Shown: one piece after another, positions 51,002 through 60,280 of the stretch
Layout of the letters: every line of letters begins with the position of its first letter
How positions within the stretch are numbered: the stretch's first letter is position 1
Source: an uncultured bacterium
GTDB taxonomy: Bacteria > Chloroflexota > UBA5177 > JANWHV01
DNA length: 64,000 nucleotides
NCBI GenBank assembly: GCA_963729625.1
Contig: CAVSOU010000008.1
Coordinates: 128,001-192,000, forward strand
Reading direction: 5' to 3'
Program-made: the position numbers and the translations under genes
Notes under the pieces: model-generated
Seen by the model: the letters and a program-made list of their open reading frames with translations, nothing else
What the model was told of the DNA's origin: nothing
The model's database searches: none

Positions 51002-51400
51002 ATGGAAGACTTGAAGCACATGCCGGAAACCTACTGGAAGGAGCGACTTACTCCCGAACAGTATCGCGTTTGCCGCTTGAAGGGAACGGAGCCGGCCTTT
51101 ACCGGCGCCCTGTACCACAATACTACTACTGGGGTGTATGAGTGCGTGGCCTGCGGGCAACCTCTGTTCTCCTCGGATACCAAGTTCGACTCTGGTAGCG
51201 GCTGGCCCAGCTTCGACCGCCCGATCGATCGCCAGAACGTCGAGTTGCATCAGGATCGCTCGCTCTTCATGGTTCGCACCGAGGTGAGCTGCAAACGCTG
51301 CGGCGCGCACCTTGGCCACATGTTCGACGACGGACCGCGCGAGACCACGGGCGAACGCTATTGCATCAACTCCGCGGCCCTCGGCTTTCGCAAGGAATGA
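51002..51400 (+). CDS. msrB: Peptide methionine (R)-sulfoxide reductase
   Basis: [33 protein letters not shown]. Confidence 0.96.
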   Translation: MEDLKHMPETYWKERLTPEQYRVCRLKGTEPAFTGALYHNTTTGVYECVACGQPLFSSDTKFDSGSGWPSFDRPIDRQNVELHQDRSLFMVRTEVSCKRCGAHLGHMFDDGPRETTGERYCINSAALGFRKE

Positions 51401-51404
51401 GCCC

Positions 51405-51725
51405 TCAGGCCTGACTGGAGCGGGGACCGCTTCGGAGCCAGATGTTCGCGCACTCCTCGCACATGGACTCCGGAATGATGTGCGCAGCCATCAGGAGCTT
51501 GAAGATCCTGCAACCCACGCAGAAGCCGGCGATTGACTCCAGTCCGGCCAACGCGATCAGGATGCCGGCGACCACATAGGCGGCGGCAGTGAGGCCGAAA
51601 CCAAAGGCCAGCACGGCCCCGCCGACTGTGATCACCGCACCCAGGCTTTGGGCGAAGCGCTTGGGCGGCCCGGCCGTTGGCATGGGCCTGAGTGCCAAAC
51701 GCGGGACGGTCACGCGCGTGGACAA
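51405..51725 (-). pseudogene. DUF4395-like membrane protein, probably N-terminally truncated
   Basis: PKRFAQSLG...LESIAGFCVGC; only the C-terminal half is visible. Confidence 0.6.
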
Positions 51726-51771
51726 CTATCTCTCTCACAGGGTAGGCGCCTCTGGTTGTATACTAATAACT

Positions 51772-51855
51772 CGGTCGAGGTCCCCGCGCTATGTTCCACG
51801 TTCGCGCCGCCGGCTTGGCAGACGGTAAGGTCTTTGCGCGCCTCTCATCTGACCG
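51772..51855 (+). promoter_or_regulatory. Candidate cis-regulatory leader RNA (ldcC-motif-like) upstream of the decarboxylase
   Basis: Starts just after a TATACT -10; CGGTC..GACCG closing stem; internal CCAC..GCCGGCTTGG..GGTAAG. Match to the ldcC RNA motif is from memory. Confidence 0.5.
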
Positions 51856-51883
51856 GTCGCCACTGAGCAAGAGGACACGGCAC

Positions 51884-53386
51884 ATGAGCACATTGGTCCA
51901 AAGGAGCCGGAGGCCACTCCTGCTCGATCACACGCAGGCGCCCCTGGTCGATGGAATCCGCGAGTATCGCGAGCTTGACATCCTGCCCTTCACGACGCCG
52001 GGCCACAAGCGGGGCGCGGGCATCCCGGCGGCCACTATCGAGGCGCTCGGCTGGGATGTCTTTCATAACGACATCTCGGTGGGCGCCGGTGTCGACGATA
52101 CGCACTTCACGCGTGACCTGGTCGGGAAAGCGGAGCGCCTGGCCGCGGATGCCTACGGCGCCGACCGGTCGCTGTTTCTGCTCAACGGCAGCTCTATCGG
52201 CAATCACGTCGGCATTCTCTCGCTGGTCGGGCCTGGCGACAAGATCGTCGTTGCGCGCAATGTCCACAAGTCAATTCTGTCCGCCTTGATTCTCAGCGGC
52301 GCGCGGCCAGTGTACGTGCGGCCTCCCTACGATCCCGATTTCGAGGTCGCGCACGGTGTGGCCGTCGACGAGCTCACCCGCACGCTCGACGCACATCCAG
52401 ACGCCGCCGCGGTAGTGCTGGTCAGCCCTACCTATTTCGGCGTCTCCTCCGATCTGCCGGCACTTGTCGACCTTTGCCATAGTCGGAATCTACCGTTGCA
52501 CGTCGACGAGGCGTGGGCGCCCCATTTTCCCTTTCATCCGGCGCTGCCGCCGTCGGCCATGCAGGCTGGAGCCGACAGTGCCGTCACCAGTATTCACAAG
52601 CTGCTGTCGGGCTTTACGCAGGCGGCCCTGCTGAATCTGCAGGGTTCGCGGGTCGACAAGAACGATACCGCGCGCTGGCTGAGCCTGCTCCAGACCACCA
52701 GTCCCTCGGCGCTTATCCTGGCCTCCATCGATGCCGCGAGGAGACAGATGGTGTTGCAGGGGGAGGATCTCCTCGCACAAACGATCGCGCTGGGGAATAT
52801 GGCGCGGGAGCGGATCGCGCGGATCCCCGGTCTGCGCGCGATTGGGCTCGAGGTACTGCAGCAGCCGAGCGTGGCAGGCTTCGACCTGACCAAGCTGGTC
52901 ATCGACGTACGGGAGACCGGGATGACCGGCTACGACGTCGAGGAGTGGCTGCGCGCGCGCCATCGTATCTCCGTGGAGATGAGCGACCATCGTCGTATCG
53001 TCGCGCTGCTTACTATCGCCGACACAGAGCAATCGGTCGAGCGTCTCCTGGCCGCTCTGGCGCGCGTACCCGTCGAACTGCATCCCGCGCATGCTCGCCC
53101 GTTCGCCGCAGCCTACGATCCCGCCGCGCTTGAGGCGGAGAGCGTGCTCACGCCGACCGAGGCCTACCATGCCTACACCCGCTTCGTGCCCCTGGCTAAG
53201 GCCGCCGGCGAGGTCACCGCCGACGTTCTCACGCCCTATCCGCCGGGAATCCCGCTCGTCGCGCCCGGCGAGCGATTCACGCCCAACATCGTGGACTACC
53301 TGCGCGCCGGGCTGGCCGCGGGCATCCACGTTCGGGGCGCCAGCGATCCCACAATGGAAACGGTGCGCGTGGTGCGCGAGCCGTAA
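51884..53386 (+). CDS. PLP-dependent Orn/Lys/Arg decarboxylase
   Basis: TPGHK, LLNGSS, RNVHKS, VDEAW, SIHK (PLP Lys), TTSPS, PYPPGIP. Confidence 0.92.
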   Translation: MSTLVQRSRRPLLLDHTQAPLVDGIREYRELDILPFTTPGHKRGAGIPAATIEALGWDVFHNDISVGAGVDDTHFTRDLVGKAERLAADAYGADRSLFLLNGSSIGNHVGILSLVGPGDKIVVARNVHKSILSALILSGARPVYVRPPYDPDFEVAHGVAVDELTRTLDAHPDAAAVVLVSPTYFGVSSDLPALVDLCHSRNLPLHVDEAWAPHFPFHPALPPSAMQAGADSAVTSIHKLLSGFTQAALLNLQGSRVDKNDTARWLSLLQTTSPSALILASIDAARRQMVLQGEDLLAQTIALGNMARERIARIPGLRAIGLEVLQQPSVAGFDLTKLVIDVRETGMTGYDVEEWLRARHRISVEMSDHRRIVALLTIADTEQSVERLLAALARVPVELHPAHARPFAAAYDPAALEAESVLTPTEAYHAYTRFVPLAKAAGEVTADVLTPYPPGIPLVAPGERFTPNIVDYLRAGLAAGIHVRGASDPTMETVRVVREP

Positions 53387-53470
53387 TAACACCAGTACGT
53401 CGCCGGGCCTGACACGGCAGGATTCGCGACCGGTGGCCTGGCACTTTGCTCGATCGAGGGAGGAAGGAGC

Positions 53471-54373
53471 ATGGGTGCAGTGCGTGTTGGTTTCATCGGT
53501 ATTGGCGTGATGGGGCGTCCAATGTGCCTCAATCTGCTCAAGGCAGGCTTCCCGTTGACGGTATACGCACGGCGACCGGAAAGCGCCGAGACGGTTGTCG
53601 CGGCCGGAGCAACGCCGGCCGAGAGTCCGCGTGCCGTGGCCGAGCGGTCGGACGTGGTGATCACGATGGTCACCAACTCTCCCGACGTGGAAGTGGTAGT
53701 GCTGGGCGCGGGCGGCGTGCTGGAGGGCGCGCATACCGGGCTCACCCTGGCGGATATGAGCACCATTGCGCCGGCGGTGGCACGGAACATCGCGAGCGCC
53801 GCCGCCGCCAGCGGTGTCGACATGCTGGATGCTCCGGTGAGCGGCGGATCACAAGGCGCCGAGGCTGGAACGCTCACGATCATGGTGGGCGGCGACGCGG
53901 CGGCGTTCGAGCGTGTACGCCCGGTATTCGAAGCGATGGGGAAGAAAGAGCATATCTATCACGTGGGACCGAGCGGAGCAGGCCAGGTGGTGAAGCTGGT
54001 CAACCAGCACCTCTGCGGCCTGATCGCGGCGGCCGACGCGGAGGCGTTGATCCTGGGCGTGGCGGCGGGAGCCGACGTGTCCACCATGGCCAGGATCATC
54101 GGCGCCAGCAGCGGCGGCAACTGGCAGCTGGCCAATCCCATCGCCCTGCGCGTGTTCTCCGGCAGCTTCGAGCCCGGCTTTTTCACCGACCTGCTGCTCA
54201 AGGATTTGCGGCTGGTGCTGGATCTTGCGCGCGAGCAGGGCCTGGCTACACCCTTGCTCGACCAGGTTGTGCCGCTCTACGAGCGAGCGAAGGACGCCGG
54301 CTATGGACGCCGCGACTACACCTCAGTATTCGTTCCATTGGAGCAAGACGCGGGCGTGGTGGTGCGGACCTGA
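53471..54373 (+). CDS. NAD(P)-dependent 3-hydroxyisobutyrate dehydrogenase-family oxidoreductase
   Basis: GFIGIGVMG, LDAPVSGG, KLVNQ, KDL. Confidence 0.92.
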   Translation: MGAVRVGFIGIGVMGRPMCLNLLKAGFPLTVYARRPESAETVVAAGATPAESPRAVAERSDVVITMVTNSPDVEVVVLGAGGVLEGAHTGLTLADMSTIAPAVARNIASAAAASGVDMLDAPVSGGSQGAEAGTLTIMVGGDAAAFERVRPVFEAMGKKEHIYHVGPSGAGQVVKLVNQHLCGLIAAADAEALILGVAAGADVSTMARIIGASSGGNWQLANPIALRVFSGSFEPGFFTDLLLKDLRLVLDLAREQGLATPLLDQVVPLYERAKDAGYGRRDYTSVFVPLEQDAGVVVRT

Positions 54374-54631
54374 CGCTTCGGCAAGCGGGCTCCTGCAGTC
54401 GCGCGTCCTGCTCGGTGGTTGGGCTCGCGTGCTGGGCGCGACCGCGCCTACGCCTGTGGCATGGGAAGCGATGCGCGCGCGTGCCTGGCGTGCTTTGTGC
54501 TCCTGACAGGTCTTCGCATTAGCGCCGTCGCGGCCTGCCGGGTCGGAACCCAAGCGCGCTCGGAGTCGCTGCCTACATGCCGCTCCCGGGATAGTTACGC
54601 TGGACTTCCACAACGATCCCCTTGGAGATCG

Positions 54632-57028
54632 TCAGGATGCGGCCGTGTCCAACGCATATCCGATCGCACGCTCGATGTTCATGGCTTCTCCCTCGGCCCA
54701 GGCGGAAGCGCACTGTTGCTCGCCCAGCGCTTTGTGAATCTCCCGCGTGATCTGCTCATGCTCCGCCAGCCCGCTCGCCGGCAATGCCACGCCGATCTGC
54801 TTCCCCACCGTTCCGGCCGCCGCCAGAAGGCGGGCGGCCCTCACGTCCAGGCCCTGCCGATGTGCCAGGTGCCCCAACCCAACCAGCGTGAACACCATGC
54901 CTTGCCGGTCGCCAAGGTCCCGCCGCATGGTCAGGCTCTCGCGATAGAGTCCTTGGGCGCGCTCCAGCTCGCCCAGGGCGCTCGCCACATTGCCCAGGTT
55001 GGTGAGGATGACGGCGAGGCGCCAACTGTCGCCAAGTGCACGGTACATCCGGCTGCAGTCCTCATAGAGGCTCAGAGCCCGCGCTTGATCGCCCTGCGCG
55101 CGCGCCACCACCCCGAGGTTATTGAGCACGGTGGCCCGATCGGCCATATTGCCGCTTCGCTCGGAGATCGCCAGGCTCTCCTCGTACCACTCCACCGCTT
55201 GCGCGTACTCGCCCATTTCCAGGGCCACATTCCCCAAGTTCGTGAGCGACCGCGCGATGTCGCTGGAGTCGCCCAGCACACGCCGGAGCGCCAGGCTCTC
55301 CTGGTAGGCTTGCGCAGCCCGCACGATATCCCCCTGTGCATAGGCCAGGGTGCCGAGCAAGTTCAGCGCGGCGGCACGCGAGGCGGTGTCTGCCTGCGGG
55401 TGATAGGCGAGCGCCTGCTCCAGCCATTGCCGCCCCTCGCTCAGGTGGCTGCGCTTTTCCCAGAATCGGCCTAGAGAGCACGCGAGACTGAGCCCCAGTT
55501 CTCGGACACCACCGCCCTGGAGGTACCAACGCAGGGCAGCGCGCAGATTGTCGTGCTCGTCTTCAAGCCGGGCCAGCCACGCGGTCTGCTCGGAACCGTT
55601 GAGCCGCGGCTCAGCCTCCCGTGCCAGGGCCAGATAGACACCTGCGTGCGCCTGGCGCATCGCTTCGAGCTCGCCTTCGGCGGAGAGACGGGCGAGTCCG
55701 AATTCTCGGATCGTCTCCAACATGCGAAAGCGGGGCTCCCCGTCGCCAGCCTCCGACTGCCAGAGCAAATTCCTGTCCATCAACGACCCCAGCCGCTCGA
55801 GTACGTCGGCGGCGAAGCTCTCGGTAGCCCGGCAGAACGCCTCCAGTGCGTCCAGCGTGCAGCTCCCGGCAAACACCGCCAGTCTCCGGAACAGGATCTG
55901 ATCCCCGATGTCAAGCAGATCGTGGCTCCAGGTGATGGTGGCGCGCATGGTCTGCTGACGTGCCGGCAAGTCATGTGGGCCTCCGGTCAACACGTCCAGC
56001 GGTCGCTGCAGGCGGGACAGGAGCGCACGCGGTGAGAACATCCGGATTTGTGCAGCGGCCAGCTCCAAGGCCAGCGGCAACCCATCAAGGCGGGTACAGA
56101 TCTCGGCCACGGTGGCGGCGTTCGCCGCGCTGAGGGCAAACGCCGAGTGGTGTTCCCGGATGCGCTCCATGAAGAGCGCCAGCGCGGGATATCTCTCCAG
56201 TCCGGCGGGTGGAGGTAAATGCTGGAGATCGGGCAGTGCAAGCGGCGCGACGGGTACTTCACGTTCTCCACGCAGACGCAACCTGGCCCGGCTGGTGACC
56301 AGCATCGTGAGACTGGGACAAACCTCCAGCAGGCGGGCCAAGTCCGGAGCAGCCGGGAGCACGTGCTCAAAATTGTCTACCACGATCAGCAGGCGCTTGT
56401 TGTGCAGACGGGCGGCGAGATCTTCCTCCAGGGGGCGGGAGCCTCCTGCACGTATACCGGCGCTCTGGGCCAGCACGGCAAGCACCAGCGTGGGATCGCT
56501 CAGGCCTGCCAGGGACACGAACACCACGCCGTCCGGGTACGCCGCGGCGAGGTCCGCTGCCGCAGCCAGCGCCAGGCGTGTCTTGCCCACTCCACCCGGC
56601 CCGGTGAGCGTGACCAAACGTGGCCCGGAGGGAGCCGGGGCGCCCCCTTCCGGGTCTCCTGTTCGCGCATTGTGTCGCAAGAGGGTCGTTAGCGCACGCA
56701 CGTCCTCGTCGCGTCCCAGCAGCGGCGTCAGGGGTACCGGCACTGCTGCCGGCAGGCTGCGCTCTGTGCGCTCAGCAAGCACGGATCCGACGGCACGGCG
56801 CTGGGACGCCGCGACAAACAGTGCGCGTTCGTCGCCAGCCAGGGCCAGCGCTCCGGCCAGCCGCAATACGGTCTCGCGCTGGGGCGTGCGATTGATGCCG
56901 CGTTCCAGGTCACTTATGCCGCGCGTACTGAGGCCGGCGCGCTCTGCCAGGGCCTCCTGCGAGAGACCGGCGTCCAGGCGATAGCGCCGTAACACGTCGC
57001 TGAACTGCGCAGTGGATATGCCGGTCAC
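54632..57028 (-). CDS. XRE-HTH + STAND (NB-ARC-like) ATPase + TPR regulator
   Basis: LSQEALAERAGLS HTH, GPGGVGKT, VVDNFEH, DGLPLALELAA, TPR repeats. Confidence 0.92.
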   Translation of the reverse strand: MTGISTAQFSDVLRRYRLDAGLSQEALAERAGLSTRGISDLERGINRTPQRETVLRLAGALALAGDERALFVAASQRRAVGSVLAERTERSLPAAVPVPLTPLLGRDEDVRALTTLLRHNARTGDPEGGAPAPSGPRLVTLTGPGGVGKTRLALAAAADLAAAYPDGVVFVSLAGLSDPTLVLAVLAQSAGIRAGGSRPLEEDLAARLHNKRLLIVVDNFEHVLPAAPDLARLLEVCPSLTMLVTSRARLRLRGEREVPVAPLALPDLQHLPPPAGLERYPALALFMERIREHHSAFALSAANAATVAEICTRLDGLPLALELAAAQIRMFSPRALLSRLQRPLDVLTGGPHDLPARQQTMRATITWSHDLLDIGDQILFRRLAVFAGSCTLDALEAFCRATESFAADVLERLGSLMDRNLLWQSEAGDGEPRFRMLETIREFGLARLSAEGELEAMRQAHAGVYLALAREAEPRLNGSEQTAWLARLEDEHDNLRAALRWYLQGGGVRELGLSLACSLGRFWEKRSHLSEGRQWLEQALAYHPQADTASRAAALNLLGTLAYAQGDIVRAAQAYQESLALRRVLGDSSDIARSLTNLGNVALEMGEYAQAVEWYEESLAISERSGNMADRATVLNNLGVVARAQGDQARALSLYEDCSRMYRALGDSWRLAVILTNLGNVASALGELERAQGLYRESLTMRRDLGDRQGMVFTLVGLGHLAHRQGLDVRAARLLAAAGTVGKQIGVALPASGLAEHEQITREIHKALGEQQCASAWAEGEAMNIERAIGYALDTAAS

Positions 57029-57124
57029 CGAGACGCACCTCCTGAGTGCCAGTCCGTTGCGTGTGAGCCTGGACCTGCCCTCACTGCCAAGATACCACCG
57101 CGAAGTTCTCTGAATACGAGCGAT

Positions 57125-57162
57125 TTATGTGGGCAATTATGTGGGTCCTGTGTGGTCAGTGG
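57125..57162. promoter_or_regulatory. Phased direct repeats, candidate operator
   Basis: TTATGTGGG at 57125 and 57137, CTGTGTGGT at 57148, GTGG at 57159 (11-12 bp period). Confidence 0.45.
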
Positions 57163-57254
57163 CATTGGCGCCGGCAAGAATGGACTACAGGTGGACACGG
57201 GGACAAGGTATCCCAGGTGAACCGCCTGGAGATTAGCAGGAGGGAGACTACAAT

Positions 57255-58160
57255 ATGCACAGGCCCACTCGCACACTCATACTCCGACGCTCGTTCCTGG
57301 CCCGCGGTGTCGGCGCCGTCTGCACGTTAAGCGTGCTTGCCCTGGCTCTACAGGCGCTCGCCGCGGCCCCGTCCCGGGCCTCACGAGCGCAGGCCGGCAT
57401 GCAGAGCATCACGCTGCTCGCATCGGCCCCCCACTTCCCCAAGAGCTTCACCAGCGGGCTCCTATCAGTGACGCTGATCAACGACACGAAGAGTGAAGTC
57501 TCCGCTGGCTTCGGTCACGCCAATCCCGGGGAGACAATGGCCCAGGTCAAGGCCGCCGTCGCGGCGTCGGACTCCGGATCTCTCGCCGGCTTTGAGCAAG
57601 TGCTGCGGGCGGTCACCTTCATCGGCGGTATCGACGACGTACTGCCGGGAACCACCGAGCAGGTCGTGCTGCGGCTGGCTACCCCGGGCCTCTACGGCGG
57701 CGGAGTGTCCCCCAGCAATGGCCAGAGCCACATTACGTACTTCAACGTAACTGCGGGAGCCGGTGCCCCTGCGGCGCTGCCGGCAGGCGACGTCTCGGTT
57801 ACCCTAAAGGACTTTAAGTTCATCGGGCTGCCCAAGCACCTGGCGGCCGGGAACGCCACCTTCCAACTGACCAACACCAGCATCATGGCGCACGAGATGC
57901 AGCTGGCAAGGCTCGACCCCGGCAAGACGCAGCAGGATGTGATGAAGTTCCTGCAGTCACCGCAGGCCCAGAACGGCCCGCCGCCTGCCTGGATTCACGA
58001 CAATGGAGGCATGGACACGCTCTCGCCGCACCAGAGCGCCGAACTGACGGTCCATCTCGTTCCGGGGTACTACCTCGTGGTGTGCTTCATGCCCGACGTC
58101 AACAAGCATGGGGAACCGCACGTAATGGAAGGCATGATCGGCCACTTCGTCGTGCAATGA
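57255..58160 (+). CDS. Secreted protein with C-terminal cupredoxin (type 1 copper) domain
   Basis: RRSFLA signal-like N-terminus; HEM...GYYLVVCFMPD...PHVMEGM ligand set. Confidence 0.75.
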   Translation: MHRPTRTLILRRSFLARGVGAVCTLSVLALALQALAAAPSRASRAQAGMQSITLLASAPHFPKSFTSGLLSVTLINDTKSEVSAGFGHANPGETMAQVKAAVAASDSGSLAGFEQVLRAVTFIGGIDDVLPGTTEQVVLRLATPGLYGGGVSPSNGQSHITYFNVTAGAGAPAALPAGDVSVTLKDFKFIGLPKHLAAGNATFQLTNTSIMAHEMQLARLDPGKTQQDVMKFLQSPQAQNGPPPAWIHDNGGMDTLSPHQSAELTVHLVPGYYLVVCFMPDVNKHGEPHVMEGMIGHFVVQ

Positions 58161-58346
58161 CCGTTCGCGTGGCCAGCAGATCCGGACCGAGCCGGGTCAG
58201 ACTCGACACGGCATGCCGCGCATAAGGGCGGGGCTGGGAAAGGTGGATTGCGATCGCTCGCCAGGACCTTGCCGGCGGGCGATCGCCACTCACCGATTTG
58301 TCTCCAAGAAGGTAAGAGAACGTTCGTTGCTACTTGGGAGGTCACG

Positions 58347-58889
58347 ATGAAACTCGCCACGGTTACTATCGGGGTCGCGCTCCTTGCCAGTCAATTCTCC
58401 GGCGGTGCGTCTACCGTCGGGGCTGCTCGGATGTCCGGAGGCGCCGTCCACGTGTTTGTCACGCCCGGCAACGGTGCAGGCGGCACGATTCTTTTTGCCG
58501 GCGCGATCGGCGATTCCGGCAAGACAATGAACATCGACAAAGACGGCAAGCCCGATGCCAACGGGAATTACGGTCGCATCACGTTGCACCATGGTACCTT
58601 CGAGGTCAATCTTACGAAGCTGCAGGCTGCCCAAAACAACGCGCAGCCGACCATCAACCCCGCGAACTGTTCGGCGTACTTCTCCGTGGCCGAGCCCGTC
58701 ACACTGTCGGGCGGCACGGGAGCGTACAAGGGCATCGCCGGGACGGTGCATATCACCTCACTGTTCGGCTTCATTCTCCCGCGGTACGCGAGTGGCACGA
58801 AGAAGGGCCAGTGCAATGGGGGCGACAACGCCCAGCCGATCGCCCAGTATATTTCGGTCACCGGCTCGGGAACAGTGAGCTTCAGTTAG
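58347..58889 (+). CDS. Secreted hypothetical protein, dirigent/allene-oxide-cyclase-like motif
   Basis: GGAGG SD, signal peptide, LSGGTGAYKGIAGTV. Confidence 0.65.
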   Translation: MKLATVTIGVALLASQFSGGASTVGAARMSGGAVHVFVTPGNGAGGTILFAGAIGDSGKTMNIDKDGKPDANGNYGRITLHHGTFEVNLTKLQAAQNNAQPTINPANCSAYFSVAEPVTLSGGTGAYKGIAGTVHITSLFGFILPRYASGTKKGQCNGGDNAQPIAQYISVTGSGTVSFS

Positions 58890-59084
58890 AATTGCAGGCG
58901 CCGGCGCCCCGCCGCGGCTTCGGCCAGAGGACCTGGCTCACGCCGAACGGGTCTGGATGCGGCATCGCGTCGGTGAGTGCGGCGGCAGCGGCAGGCGAGG
59001 TGGCTGGGGAGGGCGGAGGCAGCAGCTTCCGCCCTCCCTGGCCGCCCGGATCGATGGTTGAGAAGTCGAGGCGAGAGGTGCATC

Positions 59085-59528
59085 GTGGACCAACAGGTAA
59101 TACTCCTGGGCGCCGCCAGCACCGTTGTCCTGGCTGCCGGGAAGGAGGATACCGGTGGCGCTTTTGCCCTGCTGGACTACGAACTGGCGCCCGGGTTCGC
59201 CGCGTTGCCCCCGCACATCCACCACAACGAAGATGAGGCGATGTACGTGCTGGAGGGCCAGCTGCAGGTGAGGATCGGCGAGACCGAGCGCCTGCTCGGC
59301 CCTGGGGGGTTCGTCTACCTGCCCAGGGAGATCCTGCATGCCCAGCGCAACCCCGGGCCTGAGCCTGTACGCTTTCTGATGCTGCTGATCCCGGCGGGAT
59401 CCGAGCAGTGCTTCGCGGATCTGGAAGCCGCATTACGGGAGGGCGCCCCGTTCACCGCGCAGACAATCGCACCGCTCTTTGCGCGCCAGGGCGTGCAAAT
59501 AATGGGCGAGACGCAGGCCGAGGCGTGA
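59085..59528 (+). CDS. Cupin domain protein
   Basis: PPHIHHNEDEAMYVLEG...LPREILH. Confidence 0.9.
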   Translation: MDQQVILLGAASTVVLAAGKEDTGGAFALLDYELAPGFAALPPHIHHNEDEAMYVLEGQLQVRIGETERLLGPGGFVYLPREILHAQRNPGPEPVRFLMLLIPAGSEQCFADLEAALREGAPFTAQTIAPLFARQGVQIMGETQAEA

Positions 59529-59851
59529 CGGATCAGACCGCAAGAGGTCCTGGGTGGTGCGGGAGGCAACTGTGGTGGGGCCGATGGCGCCGGGCGCGTC
59601 CAGACTCTCCGCGGAAGTTGGTGCAACCGGGCTGGACGGTCAGTCGGCAACCGGCGGCGTGAACGCAGAAGGTACAGGCGGCTTCGCCGGAGCTGTCCAG
59701 CCCTGGGGCCGATTCCGGCACCGCCGAGCACGGTGAAACGGGTCGGGACCGCCGCGGATCCGGCATACACGCGTATCCATTCATGCTATTGGCGTGCGCA
59801 CACGTCCAAGATAGAATGTAGTAGTGACGCAATTGTGCAACTGTAGACTAG

Positions 59852-60280
59852 ATGCTTGAGATACGGATGAACGGCGCCGGTGGGCTTCGCGAAGCCGCCG
59901 TGTTCCACCCAGAGGAGGTGGCCGCCGCACGCGCAAGTCTCGCTCCGGATAGCGCGTACGACGAGCTCGCCGAGCTGTTCGGTGCGCTCGCGGACTCCAC
60001 GCGGGCACGCCTTGTCCATGCGCTGCTGGCGACCGAGCTGTGCACGGGCGATCTTGCGACCGTCCTGGGCATCAGTGAATCGGGCGCTTCGCAGCACCTG
60101 CGCATCCTGAAGGCACTCAAGCTGGTCAAGGTCAGGCGGTCCGGTAGATTCGTCTACTACAGCCTGGATGACGCGCACATCGCTCAGCTGGTGAAGATTG
60201 GCATGAGCCACCTCGGGCACGGCGACGGCCCGCATCGGCTGGATGAGACCGCGTCCACCGCAACACTGGGGCTGGCCTGA
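59852..60280 (+). CDS. ArsR/SmtB metal-responsive repressor
   Basis: FGALADSTRARL, ELCTGDL, SQHLRIL, YYSLDDAHI. Confidence 0.92.
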   Translation: MLEIRMNGAGGLREAAVFHPEEVAAARASLAPDSAYDELAELFGALADSTRARLVHALLATELCTGDLATVLGISESGASQHLRILKALKLVKVRRSGRFVYYSLDDAHIAQLVKIGMSHLGHGDGPHRLDETASTATLGLA

